NCBI GenBank assembly: GCA_002633005.1
Contig: NMRA01000023.1
Coordinates: forward strand, 1,112,194 to 1,176,193
Length of the DNA: 64,000 bases
Origin: Phoronis australis
Lineage: Eukaryota; Animalia; Phoronida
Direction of reading: 5' to 3'
Below the pieces are notes generated by a model that searched no databases, was not told the origin of the DNA, and worked only from the letters and a program-made list of their open reading frames with translations. Shown in pieces: positions 63,831-64,000 of this stretch. A program made the position numbers and the translations under genes. Within the stretch, counting starts at the first letter, position 1. Every line of letters begins with the position of its first letter.

Positions 63831-64000
63831 GGGAGCAGCCATATTGAAGTAACTAAGCACAACAATACAATCTGGCTCTCTGATTGGTCAATTCAATAGA
63901 AAAGCGCCCTCAAGTGGCAGGAATGTGCATCATATTTTGTGCAACAAAAACACCTTTTTTAAAAAAATGTGCACGTGTAGACGTGGGAACTTTTTGGAAT

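Overview
AT-rich, intron-rich animal genomic DNA (invertebrate-like; taxon not determinable from sequence alone), with no prokaryotic features. Four protein-coding genes were reconstructed by hand from splice sites and frame phases: (1) the last two exons of tubulin polyglutamylase TTLL1 (+, 54-1453); (2) a zinc-finger gene with a single coding exon, three N-terminal C2H2 fingers and an Ikaros/Hunchback-type C-terminal finger pair (-, 5333-6484); (3) a complete 17-exon, 702-aa ABCH/ABCG20-23-type half transporter (+, 12275-33890), head-to-head with the zinc-finger gene; (4) the first coding exon of a TRPC channel (+, 44540-45150), followed by an intron of more than 18.8 kb. Non-coding DNA holds MITE-like elements, tRNA-derived SINE-like heads, two related Helentron/DINE-1-like elements with internal CTCF-like motif arrays, a decayed LINE 3' end, a decayed Academ-like DNA transposon, minisatellites and several strong hairpins. 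I see no clearly new multi-gene system; the best leads are the ABCH-like gene, the perfect palindrome in the divergent promoter region, the CTCF-like arrays and an intronic 72-nt hairpin. All family assignments come from recalled motifs, not database searches.
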